From contig CAZMIT010000003.1 of NCBI GenBank assembly GCA_964566495.1, forward strand, positions 1 to 42,511: DNA of 42,511 bases. Direction: 5' to 3'. The translations under genes were made by a program, and so were the position numbers. Position 1 is the stretch's first letter. Each line of letters opens with the position of its first letter. Positions 27,756 through 36,332 of this stretch are shown here, in pieces. The notes beneath the pieces are model-generated. The model did no database searches. It saw nothing but the letters and a program-made list of their open reading frames with translations, and was not told the origin of the DNA. This stretch comes from an uncultured bacterium (lineage in GTDB: Bacteria; T1Sed10-126).

Positions 27756-30700
27756 ATGTCTCGCCAACATTTTACCCACGTTAACACCGGTCTGCTGGCG
27801 GAGTGGATAAAAAATCACGACTCGCCCTTCCTCTGTATAGTGCCCAACCGTCAGGTCGCTGAAACAATCTATGTCAATCTGGAGACTATTTATGGCGATC
27901 AGGTAGAATTTTTGCCGGACTGGAACCGGCTGCCGGGCGCCGAGGAGGCGCCGGGCGAAAACATCCAGGACCGCCGGCTACAGGCATTAGGTGCCCTCCA
28001 GCGGAAACAACTTCAGGGCTTAGTCCTACCTCTGCGCACACTTGCCTATCCGGTTCTGCACCCCGATGTCCTCCCCCTTGTTGAGCTGAAGCCGGGAATC
28101 ACTTTGCCCCCCCAAAAACTGGCTCGCAAACTTCTTGATCTCGGCTTCCAGCGCCAGCCACTGGCCCAGGAACGGGGCGATTTTGCCCTGCGGGGAGACC
28201 TGCTTGATATCTTTCCTGAAAATTACCGTTATCCGCTGCGCATCAGCTATTTTGACGACGAGATAGAATCGATTGATCACTACCATCCAAATACTCAAAT
28301 GCAGGCTGATGAAAGTCTTCAACTACCGCTGCAGTTGACATTACAAAGTGAATTTGCGCTATCACCCGACCAGCGACAGCAACTGGCCGAGAACCTCCGC
28401 GCCTGTGGCTTCCCCGAGCAAGCAAAAATATTGGACTACAGTCCTCGTCCCCACCAGGCTGCCGACTGGTTTGGCCTCTGGCCCCGCCGCACAACCTGGC
28501 CCGAACAGCTGATAAAAAAGAGCACACCGGTCGTCTACCGACCGGCCGACTGCGAGGAAAGCGCCCGCGAGTGGGACGAAAAAATTGCCAGTGCGGAAGA
28601 AAACATTCCGCTTGATAAAACTTATCGTAGCTTGTCCCCTCTATTAGAACGTCTAACCGATGAGGACACCGTCTTTTTCTCCCAGCTCCCGCGCCAGAGT
28701 TACCTTACCATAGATATTGAAGCCTCTTCTTACGGCAAAACCTTTTCACTTACACCGCCGGCCCAGGAACCTCAACCGATAGATAGTTTTATCCAAAAAA
28801 TTGAAACTACCTGCGGCGAGGTTGAACAGTTAACTGTTCACTGCGGTGAAGATAGTTTCCGGGAGCGTCTGGAGTCTTTACTTGCAGAAAAACTGGGCAG
28901 CTCCGAGAAATACAAGGGGACAAAGTTAAACCTCAAGCCCACACCCTGGCGTGGTTCCTACAGATTTGGAGACTTCGCCTTACTCAGCCTCGATGATTTC
29001 TTCAATCGCACAATCAGCCGCGGACGGATCTCCACAACCGCTGGTACAACGGAATACCTGGAGTCTTTTGCTGACCTGGAAGTGGATGACCTTGTCGTGC
29101 ACGAGGACTTCGGTATTGGACGTTTCGCCGGACTGGAACTCGTCACCACAGAAAATCAGAGGCGCGACTGTATCCACCTCGAATATGCCGGGGGCGACCG
29201 ACTGTATCTGCCCCCCGACCAGATGAACCGTGTCCAAAAATATATAGCTGACTCCGGTTTTACCCCCCCTCTATCTTCGCTTGACTCCAAACGCTGGCAG
29301 AAAATGAAACAACAGGTAAAGGAAGATGTTGACGACCTGGCAAGAGAGTTACTGGAACTATACGCCCAGCGAGAGTCCGGGAACACAGAACCGTTCCCTC
29401 CGGACAACCTTGAGCAGACCCAGTTTGAGGCCAGCTTTCCTTACCGGGAGACGCCCGACCAGCAGGAAGCGATTGCGGCGGTCAAACGTAACATGCAGAA
29501 GTCAAAGCCGATGGACCGATTGATCTGCGGCGACTCGGGTTACGGCAAGACTGAAGTGGCCCTGCGCGCCGCTTTTAAAGCCGCCTCCGCCGGCAGACAG
29601 ACGGCTTTACTGGCTCCAACAACACTTCTTTCCCGTCAACATTACGAAACTTTCTCTACCCGCTTTTCATTTTTTCCTTACCGGGTTGAGCTACTGAACA
29701 GATTCCAGTCAAAATCGCAAACAAAAAAAATAATTCGAGAACTAGAGCAAGGTGATATTGATGTCATAATTGGCACACACACACTGATAAAAAGAGAGAT
29801 CGACTTTGCTGAGCTGGGCCTGTTGATAATTGATGAAGAGCAGCGTTTCGGCGTCAAGCAGAAGGAAAAATTAAAACTTGAACGTAAAAACTTAGACGTA
29901 CTTACCCTCTCTGCGACGCCAATCCCCCGCACACTTTACATGTCACTTTCTGGCGTGCAGGACATTAGCGTCATCAACACACCCCCGGAGGATAGAATCC
30001 CGATTAAAATTCATGTTGGACCTTTTGACTCCCAGCAAGCGACCGAAGCCATTGAACATGAGCTTGACAGAGGCGGGCAGGTATTCTGGATTTACAACCG
30101 CGTACAGGGAATCGAGGAAGTTGCCCGGCAGGTGCAATCATATCTGCCCGAGACAACTGTCGAATTTGCCCACGGACAGCTTAACAAACATACTCTACGG
30201 GAAAGAATGCAGCGATTTTACGACGGTAATATCGACGTCCTGGTGAGCACGACAATTGTGGAAGCAGGGCTTGACTGTCCACGAGTTAACACAATGATTG
30301 TTCAGCAGGCTCACCGTTTCGGGCTGGCCCAGCTTTATCAGTTACGGGGCCGGGTCGGTCGCAGCCACGAACAGGCATACACCTACCTTTTTTACCCGGA
30401 GAAAGCAAACCTGACAGACGACGCAAAAACCCGGCTACAAACAATCAAGGAATGTTCGGAGATGGGCTCGGGATTTCAGCTAGCCATGCGTGACCTGGAG
30501 ATCCGTGGTGCCGGCAACATTCTCGGTCGGGACCAACACGGAAATATTCGTGCCGTCGGCTTCCCCTTCTACTGCCGTCTTCTCCAGCGATCAATTCGCC
30601 GGCTTCGGGAAGGTTTTGAGGCCCCTCAGCCCCTGCCCCGACTGAAATTCCCCGGTTCTTACTACATCCCCCGTGACTACATACCTGACGAACGACAGAT

Positions 30701-31067
30701 CATCACCCAGTATCAAGAACTGGCCTCCTGTCGACAATACGAGGGAGTACAAAACCTGGCCGTACGCTGGGCCAGCACTTTTGGCCCACTACCCGAATCG
30801 GTTCGCCAGTTACTGCGGCGCCACGTCTTCAAAATTCTTACACAAAAAGAGGGCTGGGTGGATATAAAATACCAAAACGAAAGATTGAATCTCCGCTACC
30901 GTGAGGAAAAACCCGAAATATTGGGCACTATTGCGCGCGGTCTTGGAGCCTATCCAACTGCCCGAGGGGGACGCTACTTTATCCGCAACCTGAACGCTCA
31001 CAAAATTCCTACCTGGTTAAAAATACTGCTGGAAGACGAACTGCAATTAATAAACTTAACTCCATAA
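27756..31067 (+). CDS. mfd: Transcription-repair coupling factor
   Basis: UvrB-homology region, VVHEDFGIG, MDRLICGDSGYGKTEVA, DEEQRFGV, SATPIPRTL, QLRGRVGR, RDLEIRGAGNILG. Confidence 0.97.
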   Translation: MSRQHFTHVNTGLLAEWIKNHDSPFLCIVPNRQVAETIYVNLETIYGDQVEFLPDWNRLPGAEEAPGENIQDRRLQALGALQRKQLQGLVLPLRTLAYPVLHPDVLPLVELKPGITLPPQKLARKLLDLGFQRQPLAQERGDFALRGDLLDIFPENYRYPLRISYFDDEIESIDHYHPNTQMQADESLQLPLQLTLQSEFALSPDQRQQLAENLRACGFPEQAKILDYSPRPHQAADWFGLWPRRTTWPEQLIKKSTPVVYRPADCEESAREWDEKIASAEENIPLDKTYRSLSPLLERLTDEDTVFFSQLPRQSYLTIDIEASSYGKTFSLTPPAQEPQPIDSFIQKIETTCGEVEQLTVHCGEDSFRERLESLLAEKLGSSEKYKGTKLNLKPTPWRGSYRFGDFALLSLDDFFNRTISRGRISTTAGTTEYLESFADLEVDDLVVHEDFGIGRFAGLELVTTENQRRDCIHLEYAGGDRLYLPPDQMNRVQKYIADSGFTPPLSSLDSKRWQKMKQQVKEDVDDLARELLELYAQRESGNTEPFPPDNLEQTQFEASFPYRETPDQQEAIAAVKRNMQKSKPMDRLICGDSGYGKTEVALRAAFKAASAGRQTALLAPTTLLSRQHYETFSTRFSFFPYRVELLNRFQSKSQTKKIIRELEQGDIDVIIGTHTLIKREIDFAELGLLIIDEEQRFGVKQKEKLKLERKNLDVLTLSATPIPRTLYMSLSGVQDISVINTPPEDRIPIKIHVGPFDSQQATEAIEHELDRGGQVFWIYNRVQGIEEVARQVQSYLPETTVEFAHGQLNKHTLRERMQRFYDGNIDVLVSTTIVEAGLDCPRVNTMIVQQAHRFGLAQLYQLRGRVGRSHEQAYTYLFYPEKANLTDDAKTRLQTIKECSEMGSGFQLAMRDLEIRGAGNILGRDQHGNIRAVGFPFYCRLLQRSIRRLREGFEAPQPLPRLKFPGSYYIPRDYIPDERQIITQYQELASCRQYEGVQNLAVRWASTFGPLPESVRQLLRRHVFKILTQKEGWVDIKYQNERLNLRYREEKPEILGTIARGLGAYPTARGGRYFIRNLNAHKIPTWLKILLEDELQLINLTP

Positions 31068-31156
31068 CCCGCCCTTTTTTCTCTCCCTCTTCAATGGGGT
31101 AAGGAAAAATAGCAGTGACGACGATAAGTTCTGATTATTGGACAGAACTTACCGGC

Positions 31157-31245
31157 GTCATTCCGGGCGTAGGGAGCAAAGCAACCGCAGATCCGGAATC
31201 TCGGGGTTAAGTCTACGGGATTGCCGGGTCAAGCCCGGCAATGAC
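31157..31245. repeat. Inverted pair of REP-like hairpins
   Basis: GTCATTCCGGGCG...GATCCGGAATC followed by GGATTGCCGGGTCAAGCCCGGCAATGAC. Confidence 0.88.
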
Positions 31246-31314
31246 GATTTTTAATCAGGTAGAGTAAGGTATTGACAGAGGCTTCGGTAGGTTTTGATTA
31301 TTGGATGAAATGTC

Positions 31315-31343
31315 TTGATTATGAGGAAGAAAATTACTAAACT
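31315..31343 (+). promoter_or_regulatory. Putative sigma70 promoter of tRNA-Asn
   Basis: TTGATT-17 bp-TAAACT, ending 20 bp upstream of the tRNA. Confidence 0.6.
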
Positions 31344-31363
31344 ATAGTAGTTGAGTTCGTGAT

Positions 31364-31436
31364 TCCGCGGTAGCTCAGTTGGTAGAGCAGTCGGCTGTTA
31401 ACCGACTTGTCGCCGGTTCGAGTCCGGCCCGCGGAG
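31364..31436 (+). tRNA. tRNA-Asn(GTT)
   Basis: TCCGCGGTAGCTCAGTTGGTAGAGCA-GTCGG CTGTTAA CCGAC-TTGTCGCCGGTTCGAGTCCGGCCCGCGGAG; no encoded CCA. Confidence 0.97.
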
Positions 31437-31519
31437 CTCCTTTTTTGCCCCCCGTCAGCTCCCAGACTATTCAACCCTGCGCCAAGATATCCCCAATCGC
31501 CAGCAGGGGAAAGGTCTAT

Positions 31520-32317
31520 TTACCTCCCAATCCCCATGTGCTCTCCGCTACCGTCAGTATAAATCTTCAGTATTTCGGCCCAGAGGGAAACTGCTATATC
31601 GCCCGGCGACGAAGTTCCAAGACCCAGTCCGATTGGCGAGAAGAAGCGCTCGTCGTCAAGTGGATTATTGCCTGTCTCTTCCTCAATCTCGTCACAGAGC
31701 CGCTTGACTTTTGTTGCTGAACCAATCATTCCTATGTAGCAAGCCGATGTCTCAAGCGCCTGCTTGAGCACAATTTCATCGGCGGCGTGACCACGGGTAA
31801 CAATCGATAAAAAGGTGTTATCATCAACATTTATCTGCTCAACCACATCTTCAAAATCAGCGCAAATAACTTGTTCGGCGGAAGGGAACTTAGCCGGATC
31901 AGCGTATTCTTCACGGTCATCGACCACAGTATAAGACCGCCCAATAATTTCGGCAATCTGTCCCACGGCCTCGCCAACGTGACCGGCCCCAAATTGAACC
32001 AGGTGAAAGTCGCGCTGGTATACGTCAATAAAAAACTCCGCCCAACCACCGCAGTACATACCCAGCTCGTCGGGTTCCAAAGTATGTTCGACCTTACAGC
32101 TCTCGCCGGTTTCTAAAGCGTCAACGGCTTGTTCAATAATTGTTGCCTCCAGTGTTCCACCACCAATTGTTCCCTCTATTTCGCCGTCCTCATACACTAT
32201 CATCTGGGCACCAACGTGCCGGGGTGACGAGGCAGCTGTATCTATCAGTGTTACCAGGGCAAATGTATTCCCTTTCTGCTGATTTTTTCTGGCCTTTTCA
32301 ATAATTTCTCTATTCAT
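31520..32317 (-). CDS. xdhC: XdhC/CoxI-family molybdoenzyme accessory protein
   Basis: SSPRHVGAQM, GTIGGG, GMYCGG, FGAGHVG, VDDR, TRGH..D, YIGMIGS, SPIGL. Confidence 0.9.
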   Translation of the reverse strand: MNREIIEKARKNQQKGNTFALVTLIDTAASSPRHVGAQMIVYEDGEIEGTIGGGTLEATIIEQAVDALETGESCKVEHTLEPDELGMYCGGWAEFFIDVYQRDFHLVQFGAGHVGEAVGQIAEIIGRSYTVVDDREEYADPAKFPSAEQVICADFEDVVEQINVDDNTFLSIVTRGHAADEIVLKQALETSACYIGMIGSATKVKRLCDEIEEETGNNPLDDERFFSPIGLGLGTSSPGDIAVSLWAEILKIYTDGSGEHMGIGR

Positions 32318-32347
32318 AACTGCAAACCTCCTAAAAAAATTGGTACC

Positions 32348-32479
32348 TGTTTAGCGCCCCCCTTAATCCCCTCTCCCCCATTGGGGGCGAGGGTTAGGGG
32401 GAGGGGGTAAACTGGATAAATGGACCCCTCTTTTGTATTTTCTCCCCCACTGGGGGAGAAAAGAGGGGGTCGCTAAACA
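32348..32479. repeat. MITE-like element with terminal inverted repeats and internal C/G-rich hairpins
   Basis: TGTTTAGCGCCCCC...GGGGGTCGCTAAACA ends; internal CCCCTCTCCCCCATTGGGGGCGAGGG and TTTTCTCCCCCACTGGGGGAGAAAA hairpins. Confidence 0.75.
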
Positions 32480-32606
32480 AATACAAAAATTGTTCAACAC
32501 TTTTATTCTGCATAATTTTAAGTAAAATAGTTGCACCTGTCACGAAATATTTTGGACGGTTAATTGTTTGGCTCCCATTGCGAGCCTCGATTTGCAATCA
32601 CTTTTC

Positions 32607-32811
32607 GTAATTATTTAGCGCCTTCACTGTGGTTCTCGGAACAAATGGTGTCCCGGTAACAACGTCCGTGAGGTCTTGACCGTCATTCCCGTGGAAACGG
32701 GAATCCAGCGGCTTTGAATTTAATAGGTCTAAAGTCAACGTCAAAGCCACTGGATTGTCCGGTCAAGCCGGACAATGACGTTCAATCCCACAACACCCCG
32801 GGGGCGCTAAA
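32607..32811. repeat. Composite repeat; 32607-32780 is repeated directly at 42052-42270
   Basis: GTAATTATTTAGCGCCTTCACTGT...GTCATTCCCGTGGAAACGGGAATCCAG...TGGATTGTCCGGTCAAGCCGGACAATGAC; closed by GGCGCTAAA. Confidence 0.9.
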
Positions 32812-32848
32812 CGGTTATCACTTTTCTTTATCCAGAGGTGCAATCAAT

Positions 32849-33469
32849 TTGAATTACGAGGACGATGTTGAACGGTATCAGCTCGGCGAAATACAAACAA
32901 ACTGTTACCTGCTCGGCAACCAATACATTATTGATCCCGGCGGCTGGCGTGAAGAGCTGAGACAGCGCTTTCAACGGAACAAGACGGTTCCGGAAGCAGT
33001 TCTCTTAACGCACGCCCATTACGATCACATCGGCGGTATACCAACGCTTAAGAAATTGTTTCCCGACCTGAAAGTTTACTGCCACTCACAGGAGGCGGAA
33101 GCGCTTTCAGACCCCGCTAAGAATTACACCACGATGAGCGGTAAACCGCTGGCTCTCAAAGCCGATGGTTTCGTGGATGAAATAGAACTGAGCTTCCGCG
33201 ATGAAACAATACAGGTCCTCGAGCTACCGGGCCACTCGCCCGGGGGGGTCGGTTACTACCTGCCCGCCCTGAAGAGCTGTTTTTGCGGTGATTCAATCTT
33301 TCGCAACAGCATCGGCCGCACTGACCTGCACGGTGGAGACAGCACCAGGCTTAAAGCGGCAATAAAGAAACATATTCTCTCACTTTCCGACTGTACCCGG
33401 CTCTTACCGGGTCACGGACCACCAACCACCGTTGGTGACGAAATTCAATCCAACCCCTATCTTGATTAG
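32849..33469 (+). CDS. MBL-fold metallo-hydrolase (glyoxalase II-like)
   Basis: TNCYL, IIDPG, LTHAHYDHIGG, PGHSPG, GDSIF..SIGRTD, PGHG. TTG at 32849 follows GAGGTG. Confidence 0.92.
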   Translation: MNYEDDVERYQLGEIQTNCYLLGNQYIIDPGGWREELRQRFQRNKTVPEAVLLTHAHYDHIGGIPTLKKLFPDLKVYCHSQEAEALSDPAKNYTTMSGKPLALKADGFVDEIELSFRDETIQVLELPGHSPGGVGYYLPALKSCFCGDSIFRNSIGRTDLHGGDSTRLKAAIKKHILSLSDCTRLLPGHGPPTTVGDEIQSNPYLD

Positions 33470-33526
33470 CCCCCCCTCACCTTTCAGGGACGAGAGAACT
33501 TTGCGAAGAGGGTGTAATTAATTAGC

Positions 33527-33554
33527 AACTACGTCAAAGTATTTTGACGTAGTT
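33527..33554. terminator. Putative terminator hairpin between convergent genes
   Basis: Perfect 12-bp stem AACTACGTCAAA-GTAT-TTTGACGTAGTT with AT-rich flanks. Confidence 0.55.
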
Positions 33555-33581
33555 CTATTATTGAATTATTGTGCTGATTTT

Positions 33582-34781
33582 TTATCCGATTTTTTCCAGC
33601 AGATGAGGATAAATTTTTTTTAACGCTTCACCAATCTGCTTGCGCTGCAAAGTGGTCAGCCCGGGATAGGCGGGCAGACGAACTATAGAGCCAGCAATAC
33701 GTTCGGAGACCGGAAGAGACTCCGGCGGCTCCAGATTTTCCCTGGCATAGGGCGTAAGATGCAACGGGTGGTAGTGTTCCAATGCCTCAATACCTTCGGC
33801 CTGAAGCGCTCGCAGAAACCAGTCGCGTGCCTCGACCGATTTCAAAATAAAAGCAGTAATGTGACCGTTTGTCTCAACGCCGTCCGGCCGCGGAAGGACA
33901 AAGTCAAATACCCCTTCACGATCCAGCCGGGATAACATTTCAAATGTTTCTTGCTGTATCTGAAGTCGCTGCTTACGAATCTCCGGCCAGCGGTTCAGCT
34001 GCTCTTTGAGTATACCCGCCAGGATATCCGAGAGCACGTAACTACTGCCCGTAGAACGCCAGGTGTAGCGATCAGCATCGCCACGACAGCTTACACTGCG
34101 ATCGGTTCCCTTGTCTCGAATCATCTCCGCCTTTTTTATGTAATCGGGGTCGTTAATAAGCAGCGCCCCACCTTCACCACTGGTTAAACTTTTAGTGGCG
34201 TGAAAGCTCAGCGCCCCAAACTGGCCAAAAGTGCCGGCCTGCCTACCGTTCAAGCGACCGTCAAAAGTCTGAGCGGCATCCTCCAGGCAGAACAGATTTC
34301 GTTTCTCACAAAATTCTACAACCTCGTTGACCGGTCCGGGATAGCCACCGTAATGAACCATGAGAACACCACGAGTATTCTCTGTATAAGCCGGTTCAAT
34401 TGTCGCAGCAGTAAGAGTCAACGTCGTCTCGTCAACATCGGCAAAAACCGGGCGTCCACCGGCACGCACGACTGCCAGGGCTGTCGAAACGTAGGTAAAC
34501 GAGGGTACGATAACCTCGTCCCCCGGTTGTAAATCCATGCAGAGCAGGGCAATTTCTAACGAGTGGGTGCAGGAAGTGGTAGTCAAAACACGTTCACATT
34601 CCCAGCGATTTTCAAGCCGCTCCTCCACCTCTTCACATTCCGGACCGGGGCCGGCGATGAAACCGCTATCCAGCACCCGGACTGCCGCCTCTTTTTCCGC
34701 CGCGCTGATTGACGGACGATGGTATGGTATCTTTTCGTCGGCTACCGGAACTGAACCGTCAATCGCTAACTTCTTTTTCAA
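33582..34781 (-). CDS. wecE: DegT/DnrJ sugar aminotransferase, WecE/RffA-like
   Basis: TTSCTHSLE, VPSFTYVSTA, VHYGG, EDAAQ, SFHATK (PLP Lys), GEGG, DKGTDRS, YTW...GSSY. Confidence 0.85.
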   Translation of the reverse strand: MKKKLAIDGSVPVADEKIPYHRPSISAAEKEAAVRVLDSGFIAGPGPECEEVEERLENRWECERVLTTTSCTHSLEIALLCMDLQPGDEVIVPSFTYVSTALAVVRAGGRPVFADVDETTLTLTAATIEPAYTENTRGVLMVHYGGYPGPVNEVVEFCEKRNLFCLEDAAQTFDGRLNGRQAGTFGQFGALSFHATKSLTSGEGGALLINDPDYIKKAEMIRDKGTDRSVSCRGDADRYTWRSTGSSYVLSDILAGILKEQLNRWPEIRKQRLQIQQETFEMLSRLDREGVFDFVLPRPDGVETNGHITAFILKSVEARDWFLRALQAEGIEALEHYHPLHLTPYARENLEPPESLPVSERIAGSIVRLPAYPGLTTLQRKQIGEALKKIYPHLLEKIG

Positions 34782-34948
34782 TTATGTTCTTCCTTTCAAG
34801 GACTCATCCTTATAATGTGAGTTTTTTCACTTAATTCATTTATTACCGTTAAAATTATGATAAACTGATTATGTTAGCTGTTACTTCTCTAATCGGTAGT
34901 TGAGGTTAAGGATACAAAAAATTGCCGTTTTTTAACAGAGGTGTCGGG

Positions 34949-35335
34949 ATGAAAAAGACCAACCTCTTTGTTTACGGGACTTTAAGACGTGGCTGTTCAC
35001 GCCACCAAATCCTGGCCAAAAAGCTTGAACATGGTGTGGCCTCCTACCGGGGGAACGCCTGGGTAGATGGTTTTGATCTGTATCAACTAAGCGATTTCCC
35101 AGCGGCGGTTCCCGGTTCGGGGAAAATATATGGTGAAATTTATTCTGTTCCCTTTTCCCTGCTGACCGCACAGCTCGATGAGGTCGAAGGCTTCCCGCAC
35201 CTCTTTGATCGCAAACAGATTGAAGTAGAAAATGAACCTTGCTGGATTTATTTTCAACCTAAACCTCCGGAGAAATCAGAGAAAATAGATTCCGGCCAAT
35301 GGAAACCAATACCCAAGGATACAAACAATGGCTGA
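34949..35335 (+). CDS. Gamma-glutamylcyclotransferase (AIG2-like)
   Basis: LFVYGTLRRG, FPAAV, GEIY, LDEVEG. ATG at 34949 follows GAGGTG. Confidence 0.9.
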   Translation: MKKTNLFVYGTLRRGCSRHQILAKKLEHGVASYRGNAWVDGFDLYQLSDFPAAVPGSGKIYGEIYSVPFSLLTAQLDEVEGFPHLFDRKQIEVENEPCWIYFQPKPPEKSEKIDSGQWKPIPKDTNNG

Positions 35336-36302
35336 CAACGAGCAGACTTCAGATCTGAGCATGGACGACAAATCCTCCTGGGCCAAGATAGAAACACCCC
35401 AGGTTGAAGACGAGTCAACTCCCCACTGCCTGCTCTGGGGACGTTTCTGGGCAACCATGGATAACCTTGCGGCTGCTTTTTACATCGATATTAACACCGA
35501 ACAAAACAAAGTCGACACCTTCCACCTGGCAATTTTTGGGGACTTCTCCCGCCTCGACGAATACAACCCCAGGCATAACCCGGAACGGTTTGAAAACTTA
35601 CTTGTCTCCTACAACATCTCAGATGTGCCCATCCCCCAGCTTACCCTGAGTGAAACTAAAAACGATTTCAAAAGTAAGATCACCGAGAGCGGAGAGATAG
35701 ACAAACTGTATAATCTTCTAAAGAATGAAGAGAAGGAAAGTTTCCAGTCCTGGGCAAAATCTTTTTTCAATAACTTTGTTGACCAGGGCGAAGTGGAATA
35801 TCATGTCCGCGGATGGCTGGCCGACCCCACAAGCCTGAAAGAAAGTTCGACCGAGTTAGAAGAAACCAGCCCCTCCCCGGCGGAGGGAACCAAGGTCCAG
35901 GTCACCTATATCAACAGTCCCCTGGGGGGCAAGCTCCCCTCAGAACTTACAGCCGGCGACGAGGTGCACGTACGTATAGTGGGTTCAGCGGTGGAAAAGC
36001 TTCCCGATTATATGCGCGACGAATCAAACGGTAAAAGATCCGTTCCGGTAAAAAGCTGGGTTCACTCGATCGAGACGGAGCCGGACCTTCCGCCCCAGTT
36101 TGACGGCGAATCTGAAAACTACTTTAGAGTTACTACCGAATTAGAGGCGGGTGTTTTTGGAGAAGGTCTTGTTTTCAAAGAAGAAAGACTAAAAACCAAC
36201 GACTCCGGAATTGAACTGGACCTAAAACCGGAAGACATCTACCCGCTTTTAATTTTGATCCTGTTTTTACTTATTATATTTTTTCTCTTAATTTTAGGAT
36301 AA
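35328..36302 (+). CDS. Acidic hypothetical protein with C-terminal TM anchor (possibly DUF4899-like)
   Basis: 324-aa ORF overlapping the GGCT stop; terminal hydrophobic helix; SP..G....EL..GD.V.VRI segment. Family assignment is tentative. Confidence 0.75.
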   Translation: MADNEQTSDLSMDDKSSWAKIETPQVEDESTPHCLLWGRFWATMDNLAAAFYIDINTEQNKVDTFHLAIFGDFSRLDEYNPRHNPERFENLLVSYNISDVPIPQLTLSETKNDFKSKITESGEIDKLYNLLKNEEKESFQSWAKSFFNNFVDQGEVEYHVRGWLADPTSLKESSTELEETSPSPAEGTKVQVTYINSPLGGKLPSELTAGDEVHVRIVGSAVEKLPDYMRDESNGKRSVPVKSWVHSIETEPDLPPQFDGESENYFRVTTELEAGVFGEGLVFKEERLKTNDSGIELDLKPEDIYPLLILILFLLIIFFLLILG

Positions 36303-36332
36303 ATAGTTTTACCTAACGAGGAGGAATTAAAT

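Noticed and set aside
31364..31520. Integrative element at tRNA-Asn or tRNA-Pro
   Set aside because: No integrase and no duplicated tRNA 3' end in the window.
31379..31720. 113-aa ORF starting MVEQSAVNRLVAGSSP
   Set aside because: Translation of tRNA-Asn running into the antisense strand of xdhC.
32714..32848. N-terminal extension of the MBL hydrolase (LDCPVKPDND)
   Set aside because: It is the translation of a REP hairpin; a better start (TTG 32849) has an RBS and homology begins there.
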